The translations under genes were made by a program, and so were the position numbers. Positions 42,323 to 54,994 of a DNA stretch of 64,000 bases are shown here, one piece after another; the stretch's first letter is position 1, and each line of letters starts with the position of its first letter. This stretch comes from Octopus sinensis (Eukaryota), in contig NC_043000.1 of the NCBI RefSeq assembly GCF_006345805.1, positions 157,914,001 to 157,978,000 of the forward strand. The letters run 5' to 3'. The notes beneath the pieces are model-generated. The model saw nothing but the letters and a program-made list of their open reading frames with translations. It was not told where the DNA came from and searched no databases.

Positions 42323-42656
42323 ATATATAGTTTTGAAAGAGGACAACAAACGTCGAGGCATAACAAGCATCTACATCCATATACATTATTTTATATTATT
42401 CTGAACTAGTTTGATATCTGACAGCTGTTTCTGGGATATCCCAAGTGATAGGTTAGTATTCCTGAATATGAGGTATTATTTCTCTGAGACGAGTAGAGGA
42501 TATATGAAAGATCAAGACATGGAGATATTCAGATAAAAAATTAAGACATAGAAAATTCGCAGATAAACAGCTTTAAGAGCCTAACTAATTTAAGAATAAT
42601 ATAATTGAGATGCTAGTATGCCTCGGCATTTGTTGTCCTCTTTCACAAATATATAT
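42323..42656. repeat. Fold-back module with degenerate hammerhead remnant (minus 42416-42490)
   Basis: Arms 42323-42430 and 42563-42656. The minus strand has gtct...atatccca-GAAA-cagctg-TC-agat, the same stem III as the 1328-1375 motif; the core has decayed. Confidence 0.7.
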
Positions 42657-42670
42657 TCATATATATATAC

Positions 42671-42758
42671 AACACAAGTTATAAGTAATGGTGATTACAT
42701 ATTTTTTGTTTCTAATAAAAGAAAATATATATAATGACCATGATTTATAACTTGTGTT
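42671..42758. repeat. 88-bp imperfect hairpin
   Basis: aacacaagttataa...atggt / accat...ttataacttgtgtt. Confidence 0.75.
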
Positions 42759-43809
42759 ATACACCGCTCTGTTTAAAAATCTGTTTATCTGGAGCCAAAC
42801 TACGGATTCACAGTTCGGAACTGTGATAAACCATAGCCTTGGACCTTACGATAAGAATACCCGAAGTTCGTTTCTAATCTAACCAATGTTGTTAGCTTGG
42901 TGTGTCGAGATCTTATGAAGTATTTTGCCCGGATTGATAATTTGATAATCCCTCATTATATATATATATATATAATATATTTGTGTGTGTAATTGCATAA
43001 TTTCTCTTATGTAACATCATTTCTTTTTGGATGCCTTCCACTCACCAAAGCTCGAATATGCAAATAGACTACAATGCTATTGTTGAAAGATATTGTTCTT
43101 TATCTCATTCGGTGTGAATACTCATAACGTAATGTAGACCTCTGCAATAAGTTCTATTCTAATTGTTTGTTTTATTGAAAGTGTATTTTTATATCATCTT
43201 CAGTGATATTTTCCTCATAACTTTGGTAAGTTGATAAACATGTTTACGTGCCCTACCAGATTACATCTATCAATGCATTGTAATGATATCGCTATGACGT
43301 TAAAACGTAAGTTGGACCGACGATTAAGACATACAAATCGTAATTTAGTTTCCAAAGTCGGTGGAGATATTTCTAGGAATCACGACTTATAATCTAGGAT
43401 ACACCAAGTGAATATACTGTACTACCCATTCCAAAATACGAAGTGTTCCGAATTCCTATACGTACTCGTTACCACAAGATTCGAATGAAAAATTTGCATA
43501 TATGTAAGGATATCTATGTATTTCTGCATAATGGCCGATACATGCTAGCTGGCTTTCCTGTCAGGTTACATCGTATAGAGAGATGGATGAGTAGAAATTA
43601 AAAGACAGTTACAAAGAATGATAATGCAAGAGAAGTAAGATGAGTATATAATAGAGATTTGGTGGCCGGCAATGTGATACTTTTAAGGACATCTTGTAAC
43701 GATATAGGTTTGATGAAGTAGATTGTGATTATGCCAATAATTTTTATAAGAATTATAAAATTATAAGTTATATTGTCCTAATGAGAGGAGCGATTGTATA
43801 TATATATAT

Positions 43810-44036
43810 GTGTTTATTGAGCGAAAACACCTAAAGCTACACGATGCTCCTGCAGTGGATGGTGGCGATCCCTGTTGTACTCTTTCACTACAACTTCCTC
43901 TCACTCTTTCTTCTGTTGGCTTGCTCGCTTAGCCCGCGGGGTGGCGTCATTTGAAGGCTAAAACAATGCGAAGCGCATTGTGACCAGCGATATGTAGCAA
44001 CATCTGATAGCCTGGTCGGTCACGTGATCACGTGAT
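43810..44036 (+). mobile_element. SINE family C, 5'-truncated, (CACGTGAT)n tail
   Basis: Shares tttattgagcgaaaacacctaaa...gatccctg.tgtactctttcac with the tRNA-headed piece at 55040-55199. Flanked by TA repeats. Confidence 0.75.
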
Positions 44037-45540
44037 ATATACATACATACACACACACACACACATATATATATATATGTATGAATATATGATGTGTGTT
44101 TGTATATATATATATATACTTATTTTAACTTAAACACTTCATAATGAATCGAGGTACATCGTCATGTAAGACGTCACCAACCGGTTAGATAGAATCACAC
44201 AAGCTATATCATGGTTATTTACGTTCAAATTATGCCCAGTGAAGTTGGAGATTTGTGTAATATGATGTAAACAGTCGTAATTACATTAAATAAATTTCTA
44301 CGGAAACAATTGTCGCGAATTTAAACCTCCATCCATCTGTTATTCCTCACACACACACATAGATAATGCATACGCACATATGCACATACATGCATGTGAA
44401 CGTTTTACTATTCGTTTCTCATTGTTGAACAGTGTATTACATGTTCGGCAAAAAGAGAACCATAAAAGGGATACTGGAATACATTTAATCGACTAAAACC
44501 TTAAAAACAGTACACTAGCACCGCTGCAGTTTGATGACTGAAACAATGAAACAAGAAACGAACATACACACAAACTAATATACATACACATACTGACTAA
44601 TACATTCCTATACACCCGTTGTATAGCTAAACACTTGCTGCTATGACTATGCTGCCACACATATGTTGACACACTTATATCATACTCCAGTTTAGATTAT
44701 CTTACTGGTTTCAATTTCTTTTATTGCAGCTGTGCTGGGGCATTACCTTCGAGAGAGTATTTTATATTCTTCCGATAATCATGAGCCCCAGGATTATTAC
44801 AATCAGTTACTAGTTTTATGGAACAATACTTCTGGAATTGCTATGGAATGGGGCTTTAAAAGTCTCAAAATATTCATGAGTGAACGCACACAGACACAGA
44901 TATATGCTACATGCACCCTCACACTGGTATACACACGCACACAGGTATGAATGTATTTATCGAAGGTATGTATACATGTACGTATACATTTATCTTTACA
45001 TAATGTATATTTATATTCTACATGCATAAACACAAACGCACAATATACATATAAACATATAAACATATTTGCATACATACATGGTCACATGCGCACGTAC
45101 ATATATATTTAGTGAGTTAGATGGCTACATAGATAGATAGATTGATGCATATACAGATCTATGTAAGATGAAATTCTGCACAGTTTCTGAATACTGAAAC
45201 GGCTTGCAAGTGTGCTGTAGTAACGTAGAATCCCAGTCATATAATTTCAGTAACAAAAAAAAAAATCATACAAACATACAGATAAATTTATGAAGCAGTC
45301 AGATATAAAAATGCTCACCCATGCAAACACACGTGATGCCACTCTTGGTGTTCGCTCGACCTATTATAATTGCAAGGAAATTTGCCTTAAATGAATGTAA
45401 TGCAAGCCATTTTAATATGATAGTCTCGTTGGTCAACACCTGAGCGCATTTGATAACAACCTGCCCAGTTAGTTTGGCCAATGGATAAATACCTCCTACA
45501 TGCATATATACATACATGTGTGTGTATGTGCATGTGTGTG

Positions 45541-45591
<51 letters not shown>

Positions 45592-45803
45592 TGTATGAGA
45601 GAGCTTGGCCAACTGGTTAGAAATTTTCCTCACGAGCACGCAATCTTGATTTCAATTCCTGGACCGGGTGGTGAGTATAAACATTCTCTCACGTTGCCCT
45701 CCGATCACTTGGACACCTGACATGTGGGACACCGTGTAGCTGTTAATATCAGTGCATGTTGTTCAGCAAGAAATCGTATAGCCTTCTTTCTTACAGACTA
45801 CCA

Positions 45804-45843
<40 letters not shown>

Positions 45844-45945
45844 ACAAAAATGGTAAGACAACAAAACAATGAAAGAGACCTCGATATTATGTAAATAGAG
45901 GAATTTATCTGTAAATGTAATATGTCACAATTACTCGGTAGCCAT

Positions 45946-46006
45946 GATAAAACTCCGAGTTTCGGATGCCGAGGGGGAAATCCACGCCGCCATCTCTTCA
46001 GTTATC
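45946..46006 (-). ncRNA. Type-I hammerhead ribozyme motif, canonical core
   Basis: gataa-CTGAAGA-gatg(gcggcgtggatttccccctcgg)catc-c-GAAA-ctcggag-TT-ttatc. Five-bp stem I, stem II gatg/catc, stem III ctc/gag, GUU triplet. Confidence 0.75.
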
Positions 46007-46064
46007 CAGCCATCGGAAAAATACTATGAAAAATGTAATTTTTCTAGTATTTTTCCAAAGGCCG

Positions 46065-46124
46065 GATACCTGAAGAGATAGTAGCGTGAATTTCCAGCTC
46101 GGTATCGAAAATCGGAGTTTTTCA
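46065..46124 (+). ncRNA. Partner hammerhead motif in opposite arm (degenerate stems I and III)
   Basis: gatac-CTGAAGA-gata(...)tatc-GAAA-atcggag-TT-tttc. Stem II is gata/tatc here versus gatg/catc in the other arm. Confidence 0.6.
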
Positions 46125-46153
46125 TGGCTACCTAATAACTGTCACAAATTTAC

Positions 46154-46194
<41 letters not shown>

Positions 46195-46780
46195 ATATAT
46201 TATATATATATATAATATATGAATAAAAATGGATGGAGTTAACGCAGGTGTAATCAAATATTTTTACTTTCGACACATGAGACGCATGATAGGAAGATTT
46301 GGTTGCAAATTATTTAACAAATCAGGAAATAGTTATCAAAAGTGAGTATAAAAAGGCAGACATCCAAATATGTCAATATGTATGCAAATGTAATTAAGAA
46401 CGTACAACCCAATCATGCAATGACATTTATGAATGCGCACGGATATACATATGTTTAACTGAAAGATTGTGGGGCAGGCAAAAATCTTGGACGTCACACT
46501 TCCATATCTATAATGTATTTCGTTTTTGGTAAGAATATGGCATACTTCGCTGCTAAAGTAACAAAGGAATATTTTAGACTTCGGACGATATGGAAGTCAG
46601 AGCTGTTCATATTCAAAACTATAGCATGTAAAATCGCGATTGCTGCGTTAATGCTAATACCAACATTTTGTTTGCAAGATGCTTGAAGGAAGAGATACGT
46701 AGTGGACATGAAAACTAGAAAGATTGAATCATCATTAGTCACTTCCCCATCAACAGTAATACTCACAGAATGATAGCAGG

Positions 46781-46821
<41 letters not shown>

Positions 46822-47049
46822 AGAGAGAGAGAGAAAGAGACTAACAGAGACAGACGCAAGATACATAAGGTCAGTAAATATGGCATTTAGTGCGGCAACG
46901 TATCGCTTACACAATACCTACTGGACTGTAATAAAGGAAGAAGTGGGTATACTGCGTAAATAACATCTAAGTGAAAATCTTTCGAGTGTGCACAACAGTT
47001 CTAGTGACTGGAGGGTAGGTGTACTAACCTAAACTGAATCATGATTGAA

Positions 47050-47577
47050 AATAACACATCGTGTTAGCAGGATGTTATGCAAGGGTATAATATTCCGCAG
47101 GCTAGAGGGTACCTTGACATTCAGATAAAAAAAAAAGATAGCCATCTGTTCTGGACTTGTGATAGATAAATCACATCCCACACAGAAGCCATTCCTCTTC
47201 ACTACGTAGGAAGAAGTTATGGCTACTAAAGGTATGATCGATGAAAAACCGATTAGGAGGCCTCTAATATCGGCATGTTTTGATCGAACATTTCGATAAT
47301 AACATATCAATGTGGAATATTTCGCCCACATCGTCAACTCTACCCAAAATGTCAGAAATGTACTTCTTTCACATGAGGCCTAACGTTGTTGCCAAAAGTG
47401 ATTACAATACTATGTGCAAAAGGTACAGAAAAATCCACGGTATTTCCTCGCTTTCGAAAATATAGCACACCGTTGAAACATTGAAATGAAACAGTAAACC
47501 AGAGCAAATACCACAGATTTGATTTTATCATGCACTCTTGTAGAGGTTAGATTGCCAAAGAATATCTCGTGTAAAAT

Positions 47578-47611
<34 letters not shown>

Positions 47612-48100
47612 CAACACTAGGAAAAAAGAGGAACGCGAAAAGAGGTAACATTTATGGGCAATTAATACGGAAGTTACAGAGCATGAATCCAGGTTAGAGA
47701 TTTTTATTTATGCCTGTTATTTCTAGTACTCTGAGTTACGTCACAACAGAAAGTAAAAAGTCTAAACTAGAAAAAAATAATAATACAAAACAAGAGAAAA
47801 CCAAGAAAAATGAAAAGCAACAAATAGATATTTTAAGGCTGTTTTTAAGAATGGACAAGGAAACATTGTTTGCATCAATCAGACCGATTAGAGTTGCAGC
47901 GAAGAATCACAATTCAGATTCTTAAAATGGACATTTGTTTACATACGAAGGTGTGCATATGACATCTATGCACATTCACGGAGTCGATGGACTGCTGGCA
48001 CGGGGAAAACCATTGCATGACTGCAAATATATAGGGACATTTACCGACATAAATGGAAGATACATACAAACATTCAAAAACCTTGATCTGTCATTTCTCA
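47050..48100 (+). mobile_element. Possible highly decayed LINE (RTE-like) RT fragments
   Basis: Weak motifs only (CFDRT/FDN..MWNI; GKPLHDCKYIGT, similar to ..FKYLGS). Confidence 0.25.
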
Positions 48101-48193
48101 AACAGAAAATAGATGTCATTTTTCTTACTGGCGGTTTAAATTTTGAAAGGAAATCAAACAAACATAACTACATACATCCACATATATATATGT

Positions 48194-48610
48194 GGAGTGG
48201 CTGTGTGGTAAGTAGCTTACTAACCAACCACATGGTTCCGGGTTCAGTCCCACTGCGTGGCATCTTGGGCAAGTGTCTTCTGCTATAGCCCCTGGCCGAC
48301 CAAAGCCTTGTGAGTGGATTTGGTAGACGGAAACTGAAAGAAGCCTGTCGAATATGTATATATATATATATATGTATGTATGTGTGCGTATGTGTTTGTG
48401 TGTCTGTGTTTGTCTCCCTAGCATTGCTTGACAACCGATGCTGGTGTGTTTACGTCCCCGTCACTTAAGCGGTTCGGCAAAAGAAACGATAGAATAAGTA
48501 CTGGGCTTACAAAGAATAAGTCCCGGGGTCGATTTGCTCGACTAAAGGCGGTGCTCCAGCATGGCTGCAGTCAAATGACTGAAACAAGCAAAAAGGAAAA
48601 AAGAAAAAGA
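48194..48610 (+). mobile_element. SINE family A, full length
   Basis: High identity to 31041-31449, including the ccttgggcaagt-like CORE motif. Confidence 0.92.
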
Positions 48611-48935
48611 AACGAACATACAAGCACACGAAGAGAAACACTCACATAAATGCAAAGAAGCAGCCTTCAGATACGTCACTAATTTTTAATTTCCGAAGCA
48701 GTGGTCATGTCTATGGTTTAGAAAGTGACAGAACCTCATAGTCAGATATCGTAAAAGGAAATCCAGTAGAAACGCGCGCGCACACACACTGCATGAACGT
48801 ACACGTTTAGGCCTTATATATATATAATATATATATATATATAATAATATATATATATATATAATATATATATATTTTCAAGTATATATTTACATATACT
48901 ATAAATATAATATTACATATATATACACACACACA

Positions 48936-49035
48936 NNNNNNNNNNNNNNNNNNNNNNNNNNNNNNNNNNNNNNNNNNNNNNNNNNNNNNNNNNNNNNNNN
49001 NNNNNNNNNNNNNNNNNNNNNNNNNNNNNNNNNNN
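48936..49035. other. Assembly gap (100 N)
   Basis: Run of N; true length unknown. Confidence 1.
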
Positions 49036-49988
49036 GGCACTGGTGGTGAAGGTGCTGGGGGCGGTGGTGTGGGGTGGTGTGGTGGTGGTACTGAACTGGA
49101 GTAACAGTTGTGGTTACTGTTGTTGTTGTTGTTGTTAGTGGAGGTGGTGGTGGTGGTGGTGGTGGTGGTGGTGGTGGCGGTGGTGTGGTCGTAGTGTGTC
49201 GGAGTGAGTAGTCGGTGGAGGCGCTGAAGGGGACGATGATGGTGGTGTTGATGGCGGTGGCAGTGTTCGTCCACTACCTTTACCTCGATGGAATCTCGCC
49301 CGTCCCATCGGTCAGTGCAGTGCGCACAGCCGAGCTGACCACCTCGCAATACCATCAGCCGTCCTCCTCCACCACTACCACCAACGTCACTGCTTTCACC
49401 TCCTCCTCTTTCTCCTCCACCACAACCGCTACTACCACCGCTACCACCACCACCACCACCACCACCACCACCGACACCCCTCAGGCCGGCTTCCACCGAA
49501 ACATTTGCATATCGCTTGTCGCCATCACCTCTACCACCACCACTACCGACCCCACCGCCACCTCTACTACCTTCATGAATACAACCACTGACACCTACAC
49601 TACCAACAGCACCACCAGTACCTACACCACCTATACCAACACCTATACCACGGCTAACGACACCATAGTCTACAGATTCTAGAGATCCACCTCCGCTTTG
49701 GTCAAAAATATCACCATGACCACCACCACCACCACCACCACCACCACCACCCGTAAAGGCAGTAGTAGCAGTAGTAGTAGTTCCTGTAGTTGTGGTAGTT
49801 GTAGTAGTAGTAGTAGTATTTGTAGTAGCAGTAGTAGTGTTAACAGTAGTATTAAAAGTGGTCTCTAACTCCACCTCCTCCACTTCCACCAACTTCGCCA
49901 CTTCAGATTTTGCAGCCGCCACCACCACCACTACCACCACCACTACCACCTCTTTGCCTTGTTGTTGTTGTTTGTTTGTAAACTTCCA
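49036..49988 (-). CDS. Candidate coding exon of an unidentified gene (Gly/Thr/His/Pro low-complexity N-terminal region), running into the gap
   Basis: 953-nt stop-free frame bounded by TAG at 49989-49991. First in-frame ATG at 49355 (MVLRGGQLGCAHCTDRWDGRDSIEVKVVDEH...). GC/CpG-rich relative to the window; no recognisable domain. Confidence 0.45.
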
Positions 49989-51300
49989 CTAGCAGTATCT
50001 TCTCTCTCTCTCTCTCTCTTCTTCTTTTTCTGCTCCTCTTCCTCTTCCTCCTCCCACTGCTGTCCTTGCTGCAACTCTTTTTGTTGTTCTTTTTTCTTTT
50101 TCTGTTATCACTGTCACCGTAGCCCTCACTCTCACTCGATATACGACACTCGACACTCGACTCCACCTATCTCCTGTCGTCTGGTTTCACGCTGTCCTCT
50201 CTTACTTCTTAATTCCTTGTCTCTGTTTTTTTTCTTTTCCTTGTCCACCTTATTTTCCTTCTGTTATAGATCCCTCCTCTTCATACTCCTCCTCATCCTA
50301 AGAGGCTCCACCACTATTGTCACCGACGTCTCCACCCACAAGTCCTTAGACCTACCCCTTTCACCGCAACTAAACTCCCCAGCTTAAAAAAAAAAACACA
50401 CACACACACACACTCACAAACGAAACTAAAATATGAAAACTAGAATCTAAACCTTATCAACAATTGCTACCACTACAAACACCTCCCTCCACCACCAACA
50501 CCACAACAACAAACAACAATAACCACAGCAACAAACAACTGTTGTTGGCTGCAATGTCGGAGGAGCCGACCCACCCTGAGTGGCAGTAATGGTGTTGCTA
50601 AGAAATCGTTGATTCGGTACCCGCCAGACATCAACGGAGTTTTTCTAGCGTACATACGCTGCTGGACCCGAACTGAACAAAAACAACGCTGATTGTTCAG
50701 ATGCTGTTCCTATGGTAGCGCTACGCATGCTGATATGACCGGCACACATCGCTGCTGCTGCTGTCTTGCTGTGCTTGCTGCGGTTGCTGCCGTCGACGCA
50801 AACTCTTCACTGCTGCTGCTGTAGTTGCTTCTCTTCGCTCGCCGTTTTGTTGCTGCTGCTGTTGCTGTTGCTGCTACAGATGCTGTCGTGTTTTACCGTT
50901 CACGCTGCTATTATAATAATATTCCTTTGCTACCCCTGTTGCTGCTGTCTCTTGCTACTGTTGCTCTTTGCTGCTGTCACTGCTGCTGCCGTTGCTACAA
51001 TTCTTCCTGCTGCTGGTAGAAAGCTTTACTGTTTATGTAGTTACCCATAATCTTACTGCTGCGATTGCCGATGTTGCTGATGTCGCTGCTGCTGCCGCTG
51101 ATGCTGCGTCCGTTGCTGTTGGAGATACAGCTTCTTCCAGCTGCTTTACTTCAATATCCTCTCTGTCTGTCGGCACAGTCGATTCTTCTCCGTGTTGGAT
51201 TTTCTCTTTTATTATACCATATATTTTTTTTTCTTAAATTTTAATCTGTCATAGTTTTTTTGTAAAAAAAAAACAGAAAAAAAGGAACCGTTTTGTTTCT
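49989..51300 (-). other. Putative long 5' UTR / CpG-rich gene-start region
   Basis: No recognisable transposons, CpG-rich, CAG/GCN triplet mosaic, contiguous with the candidate exon. Confidence 0.35.
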
Positions 51301-51439
51301 ATGTTTAATCTTTATTTTTTAAACTTTTGTATGTTTGCCTCTGTTTTTTCCTTTCAGTATTTTATTTTTAAACTTTTTACGCTTTCGTGGTTAGGTTTTA
51401 TTTTAACTTTACATGCATACATACGTACATATACATACA

Positions 51440-51505
<66 letters not shown>

Positions 51506-51527
51506 ATTATATATATATATCTATATA

Positions 51528-51569
<42 letters not shown>

Positions 51570-51580
51570 ATATATATATA

Positions 51581-51630
<50 letters not shown>

Positions 51631-51696
51631 CTGCTACTTTTAAATAAAGATATGTATATAAATGTATAGATATATATGTATCTCTCTCTCTCTCTC

Positions 51697-51763
<67 letters not shown>

Positions 51764-51783
51764 TCTATACATTTATATATATA

Positions 51784-51858
51784 CTTTATTTAAAAGTAGC
51801 AGAAAATTCAACAAAACCTGTTACTCTGAGTTTCACGTTCCCGTTCGTCGGACAGTTT
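51784..51858 (-). mobile_element. ~75-bp PLE-terminus-like mini-element inside (TA)n
   Basis: Unique sequence between TA tracts, homologous to 8709-8783. Its outer 19 bp ctttatttaaaagtagcag recur inverted at 51631-51649. Confidence 0.7.
51814..51858 (-). ncRNA. Minimal type-I hammerhead ribozyme motif (CCGACGA core variant)
   Basis: aaactgt-CCGACGA-acg(ggaa)cgt-GAAA-ctc(a)gag-TA-acag(g)ttt. All three stems pair; GUA triplet, predicted cut between 51822 and 51821. Confidence 0.8.
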
Positions 51859-51865
51859 ATAATAT

Positions 51866-52002
<137 letters not shown>

Positions 52003-52037
52003 ATATTCATATATATACATACATATATACATATATA

Positions 52038-52084
<47 letters not shown>

Positions 52085-52087
52085 ATC

Positions 52088-52139
<52 letters not shown>

Positions 52140-52984
52140 ATATATATGCACATATACACTCACACACACACACAAACACACATAAACTTTTGTTCTCTTT
52201 TTCACTTTTTGAGATCTACCCCTACCTCTCGACTCACCTGTGTTGTTAATGTTAGTTTTATTGCTGAAGTTTTCGATGGCGATGATGGCAATGATGGCCT
52301 TATGATTATAATGAATGCGATGATAATGATGAAGAAGAAGAAGTAGGGGTGATGATAATGGTGAGGAGGAAGATGATAATGAGGATGATTGATGATGCTG
52401 ATGACGATGATAACAATGTTGAGGTGATAATGATGATGATGATGGTAGTGATGATGATGTCAGTGGTGTTGGTAGTGGTGGCGGTGGTGGTTGTGATTAT
52501 GGTGGTGATGTTTATTGCATCTCTTGCTTCTGCTGGTAGCAGTAATCGCTGCTGCTACTTCTAGTCCTGTACTTGTTTACTTTTTCTTATATATTTTTCT
52601 TTTGGTTAATCCATGCTTACCCTTACGTCAGCTCTGTCCCAGCAGAACAATATTTAACAACATTCCAACCATGACTACCCCGCTTTTCAAAGATACGTAC
52701 GACTACGTTATACAATGTGCATGTTCTTTTTTGTTTTACGTGCTTCGGTGTAGATAAAACAGGATTTGGCTACTACTTTTAGCAGGACAGGAGACCACGC
52801 AAAGATACTGTCGATTTTAGAGGTGTTGCTTTTATCATTACTGCAGTTGTAGTTTTTGTTGTAGACTTTCAAACCTAAGTTGTTGTTTAGTTGAATTTGT
52901 TGTTGTAGTTGTTGTTGTTTTTAATTTTTTTACAAGATTTGTAGATTTCTTTCTGAGAGTTATTGCAGTTGTTATTATTGAAGT

Positions 52985-54480
52985 TGTTGGCAGAATCGTT
53001 AGCACGGGGGACTATGTTTCTTGGCAGTTTTTCGTCCGTCTTTCAGTTCAAATTCCGCCGAGATCGATTTTCGTTTTTATACTTTTGGAGTCGATAAAAT
53101 AAATACCAGTCATTTACTGAGGTCGAAGTGATCGATTATACCCCAGCCCACAAATTCCAGGCCCTGTGCCTATAATAGAAAAGACTAATAAAGTTGCACA
53201 AGGTGGCGAGCTGGCAGAAACGTTAGAGCGCCAGGCGAAATGCTTATCGGTATTTCGTCTGCCGTTACGTCCTGAGTTCAAATTCCGCCGAGGTCGACTT
53301 TGCCTTTCATCCTTTCGAGGTCGATAAACTAAGTACCAGTTACGCACTGGGGTCGATATAATCGACTTAATCTGTTTGCCTGTCCTTGTTTGTCCTCTCT
53401 GTGTGTAGCCCCTTGTGGGTAGTAAAGAAATCGGTATTTCGTCTATCGTTACGTTCTGAGATCAAATTCCACCGAGGTCGACTTTGCCTTTCATCCTTTT
53501 AGGGTCGATAAACTAAGTACCAGTTACGCACTGGGGTCGATATAATCGACTTAATCTGTTTGTCTGTCCTTGTTTGTCCCCTCTGTGTGCAGCCCCTTGT
53601 GGGTAGTAAAGAAATAGGTATTTCATCTGTCGTTACGTTCTGAGATCAAATTCCACCGAGGTCGACTTTGCTTTTCATCCTTTCGGGGTCGATAAACTAA
53701 GTACTAGTTACGCGCTTGGGTCGATGTAAATCGACTTAATTCCCTTGTTTGTCCTTGTTTGTCACCTCTATGTTTAGCCCCTTGTGGGAAATATGGAAAT
53801 AAGAATCGTTTCAACGGGAGACAATGTATACTGGGCTCAATTTAATCGACTTACCCACTCCCTCAAAACTGCGGGCCTGGTGTCAAAATTTTAAGCACTT
53901 AAGGTGACGAGTTGGCACAATCGTTAGCACGCCGGCTAAAATGATTTATAGCATTTCGTCCGTCTTTACGTTCTGGTTTCAATTCTTGCCTAAGTTGTTG
54001 TTTAAATGAATTTGTTGTTTTAGCTATTGTAGTCAATGCTTATATTATTAGAGTTGTAGATTTAGTTCTGTGAGTTACTGCAGAGTCGTTAGCACGGGGG
54101 ACAATGTGCTTAGCGGCATTTCGTCCGTCTTTAAGTTCGCAGTTCAAATTCCGCCGAGGTCGACTTTGCCTTTCATCCTTTCCGAATCGATAAAATAAAT
54201 ACCAGTTGAACACTGGGTTCGATGCAAACGAATTAACCCCGCTCCTGAAAATGCTGGTCTTGTGCCTATAGCAGAAATTAATATTATTAACGTTGGACAA
54301 GGCGTTGAATTGGCAGAATAGTTAACACGCCGGACAAAATACTTAGCAACATTTCTTTCAACTTCACGTTCTAAGTTCAAGTTCCGTTGAGGTCGGCTTT
54401 GGCTTTCGTCATTTCGGGGTCGATAAAATAAGTACCAGTTGAGCACAGGGGTCGATGCAATCGTCTCGCACAATCCCGCA
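52985..54480 (+). mobile_element. Head-to-tail cluster of SINE family B copies, including a 3x184-bp tandem array
   Basis: Copies at ~52985-53185, 53202-53430, 53431-53615, 53616-53800, 53902-53995, 54075-54275 and 54300-54480, all plus strand. Confidence 0.9.
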
Positions 54481-54994
54481 AAAGTTTAGTCTTCGTGCGT
54501 ATAATAATAATTTTTTTTTTAATTGTAGGTATCATTGCAGTTGTGAACGTAGTTAATGATGTATTTTGCTTTTTTTTTAGTTGAGATTTTAATTTATGGC
54601 ATTTGTTGTTGTTGCTGTTGTAAGTAGTGTTGTTATTGAAGTTGCAGTTATCATTTGAATAAATAAACAGCATGAAAAAGTAAACACCAACACCAACACT
54701 ATCTCTACCCCCATAATCACCACCACCACCACTACTACTATTACCATCTTCATCATCGTCATTCTCCTCCTCATCCTCATCATCTAAGGGACGCACTCAT
54801 AAGAGAATTTCCCTCCAATAATTCGACCAAATAAAAATAGCAGCCAAATAATCCACAACGTTATATCGATACCATCTTTTTTTAAAAACAGAAACACGGA
54901 TTAAATAACGAAGTCGTTGTTGTTGTAGTTGTTGTTGTTGTTCTAGATTGATATTGGTGTTCTGTATATATATATGTTTTGTTTTTGTTTGTTT

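Larger units (their letters stand above)
45916..46154. repeat. Fold-back module in (TA)n with a hammerhead motif in each arm
   Basis: Arms mirror around ~46035; flanked by (TA)n at ~45807-45840 and ~46155-46220. Confidence 0.85.

Noticed and set aside
48807-48935. C-terminal part of the 380-aa ORF beyond the N gap
   Set aside because: Reads through an unsized gap into CA/TA repeats, so the frame is meaningless.
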